The notes beneath the pieces were generated by a model. The model saw nothing but the letters and a program-made list of their open reading frames with translations. It was not told the DNA's origin and did not search any database. DNA of 64,000 bases from Balanoglossus misakiensis (taxonomy: Eukaryota; Animalia; Hemichordata), in assembly GCA_040954595.2 (NCBI GenBank), contig CM082586.2:1493124-1557123 (forward strand), read 5' to 3'. The translations under genes were made by a program, and so were the position numbers. Shown here piece by piece: positions 39,201 to 51,700 of the stretch. Within the stretch, counting starts at the first letter, position 1. The number at the start of each line of letters is the position of its first letter.

Positions 39201-41204
39201 TTTCATGGAGGTACCAATCCAGGAACTTTGACGCAGACTTATGGTGGTGTGGCCAGAAACTTGGCAGGTACAGTTTTCTCCTTGTATGTGCAATTTTTTG
39301 TGTCATGTTGCCACCTTTTGATGAAGATGGAAAACTACAGTGACTACAGAAAGGAGATGTTGTGTGTAACATGTCAATGGGACAAAGCTGCTTCATTTTG
39401 ATCTACTTGATTTGCAGATTGTCTGAGTCGCCTTGGCAACCAACCGATCTTCATATCAGCTGTTGGCAACGACAGTAATGCAGATAGTCTCTTACATCAC
39501 TGCAGACACATGGTAAGCCACAGTGGATACCAGTATTTCAGAAATCAGCAACAAAATATCACTTATTATCTGTGCAGTAGTGTCATTGGCTGCACTGATA
39601 AGTCACTGTGGACCAATCACTTTCCTTGACTCTTGTGTTTTGTTTCCCTAGGACACAAGCTACATACAGAGGCTGGACAGTGAACAGACAGCAACTTACT
39701 GTGTGGTTCTTGATGCGACAGGGGAGTGTCTATTAGGCATAGGAGATACGGACATCACGATGGCTATTACACCACAGCTGGTAAATACATTATGAGTGAT
39801 TCGTGGGGTTAAATCATTTTGTGTACTACGAGTATGACTTACCCATGTGATAAAAATAACCACAGTATTCTTTAGGTATCCAGTATACCTGTAAGTGTGT
39901 TTTAAACCATTCCTGCATCCTTTGATGTCAACAGGTTGGCCAATTCGAGAAGGAGATTTCTAGTGCCCCATTGGTATGTATGGATGCTAACATACCTGTT
40001 GAAACTATCAACTACATATGTGAATTGTGTAGCCACTATGCAGTACCTGGTAAGATACATGTGTATACTCTGTGGAATTTTAGAGATAATTTATTGAATT
40101 ATTTCTACCTCAATGAGTGTTTCTGTCAAGATGATTTGTGAGAGTGTTCTTTCTCTCTTTCAATGCCTAGTTTGGTTTGAACCCACTTGTGTTGTGAAAG
40201 GCGCAAAACCATTCCTGTCTGACAGTTGGAAAACTATTACTTACATATCACCCAACCTCAAGGAGCTGAGAAATATATGCACTGCCTTAGATGATCAAAA
40301 TAACAGTACTTCACCAGTTCAGTCAGGTAGGCAAAGTCTTGGTGGTATATATATATATCCAAAACCTCAGCAGGTTTTAATTTACAAAAAAATATTTGAG
40401 CAACTTTAATTTTTCATGCACCAGCTAGCTTGTTGTCCATTACTCAGGAGACTTCAATGCTAAACTGAGATGAAAGGTTTTTGCTGTTACAAACAACTAT
40501 TCCTTGTTTTCTTACTTCCTAGGTGACGACATTGAAGAAATCATTTCACTGTGTAAAACTCTACTTCGGCATATTCACTGTGTCATTGTCACACTGGGCA
40601 GAGATGGAGTACTCGTGTGTAGAAACACGGCAAGTGATCAACCATTCCCAGTCAAGCAAGCAAATAAGGTAAGTTGTGGTTACCATTAATCACATGGACA
40701 TTGTTGGACTCATTGACTTATAGTAATAATTTTTCTATCTTTCATATTTCCTTTTTTTCTCTAGGCGACAAGTTCTGATCATATTTCAGCAATACATTAT
40801 CCAGCGTATGAGACAAATGATGTTGTTAGTGTTTCTGGTGCAGGTGACTGGTAAGTACATGTACATATTTCTGGTACTGGTAATGATTTTCTGTTAGTTA
40901 TGATAACCCACCAGAAAAATATAATATACTGTACTTCATCTTCATAAATTTTCCAACGTCACTTTTTTAGGTTATCTGGAGAATAACCTCTGATTTTTAT
41001 TCTTACAGCCTGGCTACAGGCTTCATGCATGGCCTCTTGAAAGGATATGGCCAGAAGCTTTGTGTCCAGGGAGGTCTCAGAACAGCTTCTGTCTCACTGC
41101 TTTCCCGTCATCCAGTGCCACCCAGCATAATGGCTGAAGACTTCACACCTAATGCCGTTGCCAACTGGAGCAAAACTTTAAGAACTCCAGTGGTTTATCA
41201 CTGA
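36279..41204 (+). CDS. Bifunctional pseudouridine-5'-phosphate glycosidase (PsuG/IndA) + pseudouridine kinase (PfkB) fusion
   Basis: Spliced PsuG motifs [87 protein letters not shown]. Then PfkB motifs [46 protein letters not shown]; TGA at 41202-41204. Start codon less certain; the N-terminal extension could be a mitochondrial presequence. Confidence 0.93.
38409..38795 (+). other. Probable U12-type (minor spliceosome) GT-AG intron
   Basis: 5' site GTATCCTTG; TCTTAAT at 38775-38781, 14 nt before the intron end; no polypyrimidine tract. Removal restores the conserved [13 protein letters not shown]. Confidence 0.8.
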
Positions 41205-42029
41205 CAGAATTCCGAAACAAATACAGCATTACAATTGTAATATGCTTGGTTGTTCTTGTAACATTTTATAACTCTGTGTAGAACCTTGTGCAGTGGACCT
41301 TTTTAATCATGTCAAAAAACTTTCTAGCAAAACTGAAATAAACTACTGTTGCATCTCAGGGAACATATGACTTGTGTGTTTGTTTTTCTTCCCCAAACCG
41401 GACGCCTACTTCGCCTGTGGTTGTAGGCGCTGGCAAAATCAAGAGCAGGGACAACTGAACAGAAACAAAAGTAGCGAAATTTGAACGTATACACTAGAGG
41501 GCGTACTTATAATCAAAACGAGGCTGGACCGGGTCAAAGGTGAAAGGCAAGAGGCGACTACTTCAGCTGGGCGACTATGTACTGTTGTACATGTAATGCT
41601 CAACTGGCCGATACATGAGAAGAATAGGAACTGGTACCGGGAAAGGTGTTGTTTAGCGGGTAAGAATAATCTGGGATGTTGAACAGCGTTCCTGCATGTT
41701 TTTTTTGTATGCTCGCATACATACGTCAAGCGGTCGAATGGCCGGGGTGGGTGTGTCTGCACACAGCACAGCCAGTGGAAGCTTAGGGGACGTCCACTCG
41801 CACGAATATACTTCTGTCGCTATATTATGTATCGATATAGGATATATCCAACATATTTCTGTTGTCGAAACGGTAGCTCAACCTTCTCTAAACCAGAGTA
41901 TTCAATCGCTCCTGTGTGAAGCCTGCAATAACCTTTGAATGTCCTGAGTAAGATGCATATCAGAGAATGTTGCTGACTTCCTGTATCGATCCTGTCTTTC
42001 AGGTTGTGATGTAAAAATCCCAGTTCAGG

Positions 42030-45000
42030 ATGTCGCAGATTCTGCAGTTAGAAGACATCAAGCTTTTAAAAAGCTGTCTGTTTCAACAGGTAAACATTGC
42101 TACGTTTTTTGTTAGCTAGACAACCATAGATAAAGTACTTTGGCAATGAAGGCAGGGCAGGGGGTATTTACTTGACTTTCCGCCCTTGTATTCATGTTAC
42201 AGGTGAATTTAGTGATGGTATCTCTTGTTGTCGAGCACTCTTCTCTTGAAGAGCACTTGAATAGGAAACTGTCCTGTGCAGTACAGTACAGTACAGTACA
42301 GTACAGTACAGTACAGTACAGTACAGTACAGTACAGTACAGTACAGTACAGTACAGTACAGTACAGTACAGTACAGTACAGTACAGTACAGTACAGTACA
42401 GTACAGTACAGTACAGTACAGTACAAATACAAGTACAGTACAGTACAGTAAAATGCAGCACAAATATAAGCTTTGCCTTGGTGGAGACATTCTGGCATTT
42501 AATATGCGGCAGCCTGTTTGTGATGCGCGTCTTTCTGTCGATCATTTCTGCACCACAGGGATACAAGCTGGTGTCTCAAGCTGGTTGCAATGTCTTCATC
42601 AAAGTCACAGATTGTCTCGGCTCCCAGTATTACGGCAGCCTGGGTCTGCTGAGAAAGTACACCTCTGGAGGTCTGGAGCTTGAGCCAGGTGACACAGTAG
42701 TGGATGGAATAAGTGGTCTGCCTGTGGACCAACCTGAGCAATCAGACACGCCAACAACACAGGCCGAATCTGTGTTCGTGCCTCCGTTCTCAAATGTCAA
42801 CAAAGTCACGGAGGAGCAGTGCCCAGATGCAGACGAGATTCCGTTTATCCCCTCTGCTCTGCACGAGGCTATCAACAGTTGTGGCATGACGCTGGATGAT
42901 GATGGGGAGGACCAGTCCATCGTTGCCCACCCTGATACCTCCTTTTACAACAACTTCACAATGTCAGAATTCGATTCTGTGAAAGAGGATAACCATAGCA
43001 GCAGAAGATGCAGTCCCGGCCAACATGAAGACAACTGCAACAACAGCGGCCAGCAGATAGAGCAAAGCGACACAATCATGACTGATGTATCAGAAATGTG
43101 CCAGAAACCAAGTGACTACAATATATCATTATCAAACAAGTCTTTATTCCCATACATGCCTGGTGACGACGATGGATATGACGCCATCCTTGGCGACATG
43201 ATGACCCCGGAAAATCAGGAAGAGTTACTTGTAACCTCCTCTGGAGACAAGTGTACAGACCCGCCGGTCACAGAGCAGGGAGACAACTTGGCTCAGCAGA
43301 GTTGTGAGAACGCAGATCACTCGTACGTCTTGCAGTCTCAAGAAGCACACAATCTCAGGAGTGTTTCTGAAGAAAGGCACTTAGGTGTGAGTATGCCAGA
43401 CACCGGAGATGAAGTGGATGGAATCAGCCAGGTCCAGGGTGCGTGCCAAGAAGGCTACATTACTGAGACCGGGGACCATCAACAGGGAGTGAACGACTCT
43501 GTTGAGATGCTGCTGCATGGACCTGCTGCAGATGATCATGTCATCAGCAGTGGTGTGACAGAAGTTGACGAGGTCCAATTTTTGCAGGATGACACACACG
43601 AAGTGGACGAGGTAGTGGTGTTTAACAGTGTTGACGAACAAGGCACTGTCACTAATGACAAGACGAGCAAAACCACCGAAATTTTAGGCGAGAACAGTAA
43701 CCCTGGAGGTGCACAGGAAGAAGATGTCACCCCAGATGATTTTGCAAATGCAATACTGCAAGAGGGGACTCGGGTTGACTTCCAAAAGGACATCATTAAT
43801 ATCCGGGTGGAAGAGAACATCCTCTCGTTGACGGCCGAGGAGCCAGGATCTTTTTCCTGTCAAGTGAAGCAGCCAGTGGAGTGCTTAAGTTTAGTTCACA
43901 GCACCGTACAGGAAGCAGATGATGTTGTAAATGAAAGCCCAACCACGAACAGAAAAGCCAAGAAGTTTACCTGTGAAAAGTGTAACATCACGTACAAGCG
44001 TAGGCAAACTCTCACCAAACACAACAACATTCACCACTGTACTGATCCCTCTCAGTTACTGAACTGCAAACTGTGCAGCGGTGTGTTTCGGACGACGGAG
44101 GCCTTGCTGCAGCACCGCAGGATTGAACATCCCGAGTCCATCAAATTCTCCTGTAAACTCTGCCCAGCGGAGTTTCCAGACCCCGACGAATTGAGAGTGC
44201 ACAAAGCGACGCACGTTGAGTTGAAGAGCTTGACATGTGATGTCTGCAATGAATGCTTTTCTGCCCGCTACATTTTGAGGAACCACAGAGAAAAGCAGCA
44301 TCCAGACGCACCCCCACCGCCTGAAGTCCCGGAGCATTCGAATGAGAAATTCAAATTTTCCTGCGAGATCTGCAGTAAGGGCTACATGCACAAGTCGACC
44401 TTGAGAAGGCACGTCCAGTCTCACAAGGATAAAAGACACCAGTGTCCGTTTTGTGACCAGTCGTGCCTGCGGAGAGATAAGCTTAACAATCACATCCAAA
44501 GCAAACACCCGGACTCCGTGCAGTACCAGTGTATTGTGTGTTCGGCCACTTTTGAAAATGCTAAAACTCTGAAGGAGCACCGAGAAACACACAAGGCAGA
44601 CGGGAAATACAAATTCAAGTGTGACGTCTGCGGGAAGGCATTCCGGGATCGGGTTCAAAGGTCAGAACACATCAAGGAGAAGCACCTCAACCTGTCGCCG
44701 AAACCAGTGACCTGTCACTTATGCGGCAAGCAACTGAAGAGGGGTGTCTACCTGCCGAAGCATATGGAACTCATGCACAGTACAGAGCCCAAGGTTGTGG
44801 AGAAGAAATTCACATGTTTTGGATGCAATAAGTCTTTCGCCAATCAGTCCATGCTGAAGTATCACATTCGCCGACTTCACAGCAATGAGCGTCCGTTTGC
44901 GTGCAGCGTCTGCTCGAAAAGATTCGTCAAAAACACCGAACTTGTTTCCCACGTGAGAGACGTCCACACGAACCCGGGAAGCTGCACATGTCAAGTCTGC

Positions 45001-45360
45001 GGCAAAGTCTTGTGTTCTCCTCAGGTTTTGGCGAAGCACGTCGAACGCGTGCACGGGGAAAAGCCGTCGAAGTGTGCCCTGTGCGACAAGGAGTTCAAGA
45101 ATGAATTCCGACTTGAAGTACACATGAAGAATCTTCACAGCGAAAGAAACTACACTTGCCAGTATTGTGGCAAAAAATTTGCGACTGAAAAATATTTGAA
45201 AATGCACGAAGGTATACACACTGGCAAGAAAGACTACAAATGTGATCAATGTCCGTATGCCACAAATTTTGAGTCTAATCTTGGTTTGCACAAGCGAGTG
45301 CACGCAAAACCAAATTCCATTTCCCAAAGAGTTGCTGAGGTACTGGATGGTGAGGCCTAA
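42030..45360 (+). CDS. C2H2 zinc-finger protein with 15 fingers, a long acidic linker and an unassigned N-terminal module
   Basis: Predicted exon 42030-42089 (MSQILQLEDIKLLKSCLFQQ) joins phase 0 to the acceptor at 42559 within the 960-aa ORF. Fifteen CxxC-x12-Hx3-4H units counted between ~43965 and 45303. Probable non-coding exon 1 ends at 41659. Confidence 0.9.
42279..42450. repeat. (CAGTA)n pentanucleotide microsatellite, about 34 units
   Basis: Read directly; intronic; degenerate at the 3' end. Confidence 0.98.
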
Positions 45361-48300
45361 AGAATATGGAATAAACAATATTTATGGAACTGCACTTATT
45401 ATGAAATGTAATTGAAAAAAAAATATTGATACATTAATCAGGTGACTTTAATTGACACATGGAATTGACAATTAATCATGGAATGCAGAGCTGAAATAAA
45501 GTAATGTAATTATGGAATGATGGTGTTTTCTGTGTTTTTCAGTGTTTTGTACATTGATAAATGATTTGCTGGAAAGTAAAACTGGAAACTCTGACATTGT
45601 TCACAAAGGGGTCTTTTTGACTTTAAAAGAGTTTTAGAAAGTTTCAAAAATCAGTTTTTACTTATTCTCAGGGAAGTTTGGATTTACATTGCATCACTCC
45701 TATTTTGGTAGTTATTTTTCGTATTTTTCCCCATTTTATTGAGGTATTGGCTTCAGAAGAAGAATTGTGATGAATCAAAGCCAGGAGTGAGAAATGTAAC
45801 TTACTCGGTCACTGTTGCAAGTGTGCAGACTTTCCAGTACCATGTACAACCAGGCGGAAAACAAAGGTAACTATTTGAATATGTCGTGAGGGCGTGCTGT
45901 CCTGACCAATTGACAAGTTTTTGGTGTTCCCATTGGATGTACTCATTCGTTTCGAGGAATCCCATATCTTTCTTTTCTCTTTTATCCTAAAACCAGTAGC
46001 GACGGAAAATTTAGGGAATTCCCCGATATGGGCGCTACAAAGCATATTTCTGTCGCCGTATGCGCTATCAATCACACTGTCAATGTCAACCTGTTATCTC
46101 AAAACTGGAGCGGTTTGATGGTTTTATCGCATCGGGCAGAACAACTGAATGAGGCCATATATTTCAAATTGTTATAAAGGCTTCCAGTAAATTCACTTGC
46201 TGAGAGACTTAGCAACTTGTGATCCAAGTAATACGAACCAAATATATCCACGCTGATTTCACCTTCGTCAGTTAGGTTCACGTTACTCGTTGACTTGAAT
46301 TTCTCTCTTGAAAATCATGGACAATGGTCAAGTGGTAAGATGTCCTTTGACCGAACTTACTCCAAGTTTGGGATGCGTGCGCAGATATATATCAAATTAG
46401 GTCGCATGGACCAATATAAGTAAATGCAAATAAGTTTTTAGGTACTGGGGGAAATTCGGGGATTATTCATAGTCACTCGTACAAACATAACGCGTCGACA
46501 GAAAGACTGAAAAACAGCAACATTTATTCAAAGTATGTTTAAAAAAAGAAACAAGAAATACAAGACGAATAAAATCTTGCCGTGATGAACAGAGCTGTTT
46601 TATTGAAGTTCACTTTGGATCTAACGGTGATGAAAATGTGTAAATTCAGCAGGTGGCACCTTAATTAAGTGAGGCACGGAAATTCAATAATGTACTAAGG
46701 ACAATTCACATCTGTTCAAATACATTAAAGCCTTGATGACCAGCATCGTGACAAAAACTCAGTCTTGAATTTGACCACATGTCATTGTATGTAAAATAAA
46801 CAAGCTAAAATTGATGACAAGGGCACGAAACACAAACACCACAGGCCAAATGACCATTGTTGTGATCTTCACCAATGGGAATCGGAGAATGCTTTTTTGC
46901 AAATAAAGATGCGTGTTTACAAGTGGTGAAGGATTGTGGGTAATTCCACTTTCTGTGTACAGGTACGTGGAAATGCGGTTGACCACGTGCCTGATGACGT
47001 CATGCCAAGATTGCAAAGCAGGGTCACAGTACATACATACGGCATAAGGCTGGTAACTCGGGGCAACTGCGATTTCAATAGTTCAAACTTGGGTAGTGAT
47101 CCTACACACATTCTAGTGCCCTTTCTTGGTTTCATTCAGGTGCTTTGTTTCTCCTTTTAGAAACACCTGTTTAAGAAAATCCGCATCTTGACACGGCTGT
47201 CGTGATTTTTTAAAGCGGTGATGGTACTTTGACGTTTTGAAATATGGCTAGCGTGATCTCCTGACTGTGTAACTATGGCTCGTCTACTATTTGCAAATAC
47301 AGCACGATAATTTATCTATTGATTTTTTCGAAGTAATATATAGCGTTCACGTTCATGTTCGTAGGTCGGTTTTGAAACTTTAGTTTAGTACTCATTTTGA
47401 AGGCGTTATGGATTTCAAAGATTTGACGTTGTGTGGTTGTCTGGCTGAGACAGTCTACAGGTTTTGATGTGAGAAGTATTTGTTAGTCTTTCGCCTGTTT
47501 CTCCAGCTGCGGTTACACTGCTGTACAGGACTGCTAAGTTTTCCGTGTCAATTTGATGTTTGCAGTGGGTAAATATGTTACCCTCGTTAGGTTGAATGAC
47601 TTGTGCAACCCAAAATCACACGACGCAGGAAGATGGGGATGTATTTTAGCGTGTGCTCGATTACGCTCCTCGAGGCAGCCCCGAGACTGCGCAGATTCCC
47701 CTCGTGTTTGCGAAATCACGTGCTATTGTTGGCCAATACCTGTCCTCCTGGCTAACGAAACCAGCCAATCACATTCGGCGGGGGACCGTCGTTGTCAATG
47801 ATTTAACACCCGATGTCAGCTGAATTATTGCATGAAGCTCCCGAGTGTATCCGGGTTTGTAGTGCTAGATCCGGGTTGGTTGTCTAGGCGACGCGAGACG
47901 CCAATTCGAAATTGACAGGGCACTAGACAACCACAATTTTGGTTATTGTGGTCGATACTCGTCTTAGCTTTAGGGTTTCAACAAAAATTGCAACTTTTGT
48001 GCCGTTTTCTACGATGGGCGATATGTTTTTTCTCTCTCAAAGAATCTTCCTAGCCACACGAGATCTTGCAGGGTCTCGTGGAGTTCGGAATATGGTCTAT
48101 GTATCATCGATAATGGCCGAGCGAATGCGAAAACGAATTTTCCCTTATAAGGCAGTCGGTTAACTATGCAAATTTAGCCACAGTTACCATGGAAAGTTGA
48201 GATCTAGCCAATCGCATATCGAAACGACGGAAAAATTAAAATGGACTGCATCGAATAATGACATCCTGTGGCGATTCCGGTGAATTAGTTTGTTTTAAAA

Positions 48301-48727
48301 TTAAAACCCCAAAAGACCAGTTCAAGTACACCCGAAATAACGCTTAATGTTGACGATTACGCAGGTACTGTGAAAACACAGGAAAGTTACACATGACGTC
48401 ACACAGTAGCGTACTTTTAACAGTGCGTTTCCGTTGTGCACACGCCGATGATGAAAGCGTACAGAACACGCGCCTTTGTTCTTTATTTTTTAATAAAAAA
48501 AAGTTCGTCACGTCACCTGACGATTTTGGTATGCGCTTATATATACCTCGAACCGAATGCGTGACCGATGACACAGACTTTGCGCAGTCTATTGTATCTC
48601 GGGAAACTTTTTTTTTCCGTGATAAGAACTGACTTTAGGCGCACCCATCACTAGAACTTTGTCACCGTAGCTGAGGACATGTGCCGTGTTTTCTGGTGAA
48701 AGCCTAGACCGCCTTACAAAACTAAAG

Positions 48728-51700
48728 ATGCTTCTTAGGGTAGGAAGCGCTTTTCTCCAAACGGGAGTTTTCATATTCTTCACGCTTTTTGTTATCTCAC
48801 ATTCGGACAGTCAAGGATCATCGTATTTACTGTAAGTATTTAAAAGACGTTTCTTAGTTATTTTTTTAAACGCCGATGGTGAAACAGTATGGATTGGCCT
48901 AAGTTGCCGGTTTGCGCAATTCTGTATGATGACTAGGAATTCAAGTTGACCGAATCGACTGCTTCTTTTGACATTGTCTCCAGGAGCTCAAGATGTATAC
49001 GTGTTTAGTGACTCGTACCCCGGCGTTAGGAGTTTGGCGACCGGTATTTACACGGCTTCATAACTGCTGGTTTTCGTTTGACGGAGAATTCGGAATAGGT
49101 CACGGGCTAGCTATCACGCGCCGCCACGCAGCGACAAGATCGTTGACTCAATTTGAATTATATGTACTACAGGCAACCCTTTCAGAAATCATTCCGAATT
49201 GTTTCACTTCTAAAGGACAGCGTATATGTCTTACAAAGATGGATTCAAATGCAACAAGAGTCTGGAATTAAGCCAGGAAACCAAGCCATCTCCAATGACA
49301 AGGATAGAAATCCTCGTTGGCTACTCTTCCTCGTGTATATAATTTATTACAATATTCTTTCCAACAGTGTTATTTTAAATCCCTATATGCTTATAGACTT
49401 ATAGTCTGTTGTGGACACGTTGACAACCAAATGTGTTGTTTGTATGAATACGTAATGATGGCGACCCATGGTCGTTTTGTGCATGTTATCAGACAGAAAA
49501 CCCCATAATTATTTTAGAATTGATTATATTATCAAATCCAGATACACACCGTATTCCGAAATAGATAAAAAGGGCATCGCGGAGTTTTTGGTTCACAGAG
49601 TGTCACTTGGTTAAGTGGGACGGCGTGTGTGGACGATACGTGTTGTATAGGGTCATTAAATACAGACTGAAAACGTTACATCTCTTTCTGAATTGAATAA
49701 CTTTAATTAACTTTATATTTCTTTAATCTACGCAAAACTTGTACTAGTATTATTTTCTTGCCTTCGCCCGGCGCATAAGTAGATATACGTAGGCGTTATT
49801 TTCGTTCGCGAAAAAAGGCAGCGTTGTCTCCCAGGTACAAAGTTGCCTACCCGCAGAGCTATTGGTCAGTAAGATTAACCGAGTTCTTATTTAAGCTATG
49901 TTAAACATGAACATAATCATATTGGCTATGCAAATTAGTAAGACAACCGACCTACCAAATATAAAACTTTTGTCCATAAAACTGAAAGCGTGAGCGACTT
50001 GGAAAAGAAATATAATCAAGCTTATACCAAAATTGTCAGATGGCGACTCGATGTGTGAAAACCAGACAAACTGATTTTATTTATTTCAGCGTTGGACATG
50101 TTAAGAGGATGACATCAGCATTGTTTCAAAAAGACGGTACAGAAACAACACCAAGGCAAATGCCGTAGAAAGACTAACCAAGACCCATGAACATCGCGAC
50201 ACACAAGTTAACATTTTAGCTACCAGATACAAATGCAAAACTTCGAGATTTTGGTCGTATCGTTAACCTTTAGCGATATATCTCTTTTGAATGGCGAAGT
50301 ACTCGGTTTGGTCCAGATAATGATCTTGAATTATTGGCCCGAATGATGATTGATAAAATAACTGCCTCTGTGCAAAGACAGGAAGGCCGATGCATTGAAT
50401 CGGGGTTTTCCCTGTACCGTCCGGGTTTCTGTAGTCAAGGTAGTGGCCAAGTACAGGTGTTACGCGCTCAAAGTTTCACCACTCAACAGCTTGTCACAAA
50501 TGGATGTCATTTAGAGAGAAAAATCAACTGATTTGGAGAAATGCAAGCGAAAATACAATTTGCTCCAACTGCATGTGTGCGTATCCCAATGACGTACTAA
50601 GTACAATGTAGTAAGATTGGCGGCCATAATGAAATTCAAATTTGAGACAATGTTTTATTTATTATTTTACCTGTTACAGGCCTGATGAAAATCTCGTCGA
50701 CCAAATAGCAGAGAGGAACACAGACGAAGAGCTCAATTCAGCATTCAATAACGATGATGGTGAGTGGCTGTTTTTGTGTAGACAATTTTTTCTATATGTA
50801 TAAACCGGAAAACCGAACAAAATAGATAGAAAAAGAGCCAGTAAGACCACTTAGGAATTATTAGTCCAAATTGAAACAACTTTTATATTTGTATATTTCG
50901 CACCTGGCTATCAAACTCTTCTTTGTGCCCTTCTGACGTAATCGATTGTTATTTACGAGTACACCGTGCATGTCTTTAACAAGTACCCACAATTCCATGA
51001 CAATGTTACCACGGAAACATCTATGACTTCCTTCCCCGTACTCTGACCTGCATAATCCTCGATGTAAACTTGTTGTGCGCTCTCGGCACCGTGGGGGGCT
51101 AATGGCGACGCCCAGTCACGATTTTAGCTGGAATCCAACTGTTGAAATGTCTGCCTCGAGTGGGTCAATAAATAAAGACGTGTTACTGCGGCCGAAGTTC
51201 AACGGACGCAGCTTAATCTCTGATCTAGCTTGCCCCCGAGCCGTTTGTTTCTAGCCTCATTGGAGCTGATACAATGTTAGATCCAATTTTGAATCCAGCA
51301 AACACCGGTGCTGGTATGCCACTAATGAGACCTGAACTAATAGATTCCCCCCATCGTCGTTGCTGATTATAGAAGGCCATCCAGGGTCTCATTAAAACCC
51401 AGTATTTCCCCAGAGATGGGGACAGTAACCTGACGGCACAATGAATATATTATATTACGGTTCCAGATAATGTCTTTTTCTGACATTTCTCCCTATTTGT
51501 CGAAAATAATGAAAGATACACCCACATTTACTTTTTCTCAAAACGTATCGGAAATATCGTCAACTCTACTCCTTGGGTCTCAGCATATTAAACCAAAGTG
51601 AAGAAATTGCGATATTTTCAAAATATATTGTCAAAGATTGTACCAATTATTATTTCACATGTGTGCTTGTTTTATTGGCTCACATTATTTCACTTGTGAT

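Noticed and set aside
42478-42558. GTG start of the 960-aa zinc-finger ORF
   Set aside because: Intronic read-through upstream of the acceptor at 42559.
42112-42683. ORFs with STVQY / CTVLY repeats
   Set aside because: Translations of the intronic (CAGTA)n microsatellite, which lacks stops in all frames. No spacers, so it is not a CRISPR array either.
44056-45378. 200- and 219-aa minus-strand ORFs
   Set aside because: Antisense shadows of the zinc-finger exon.
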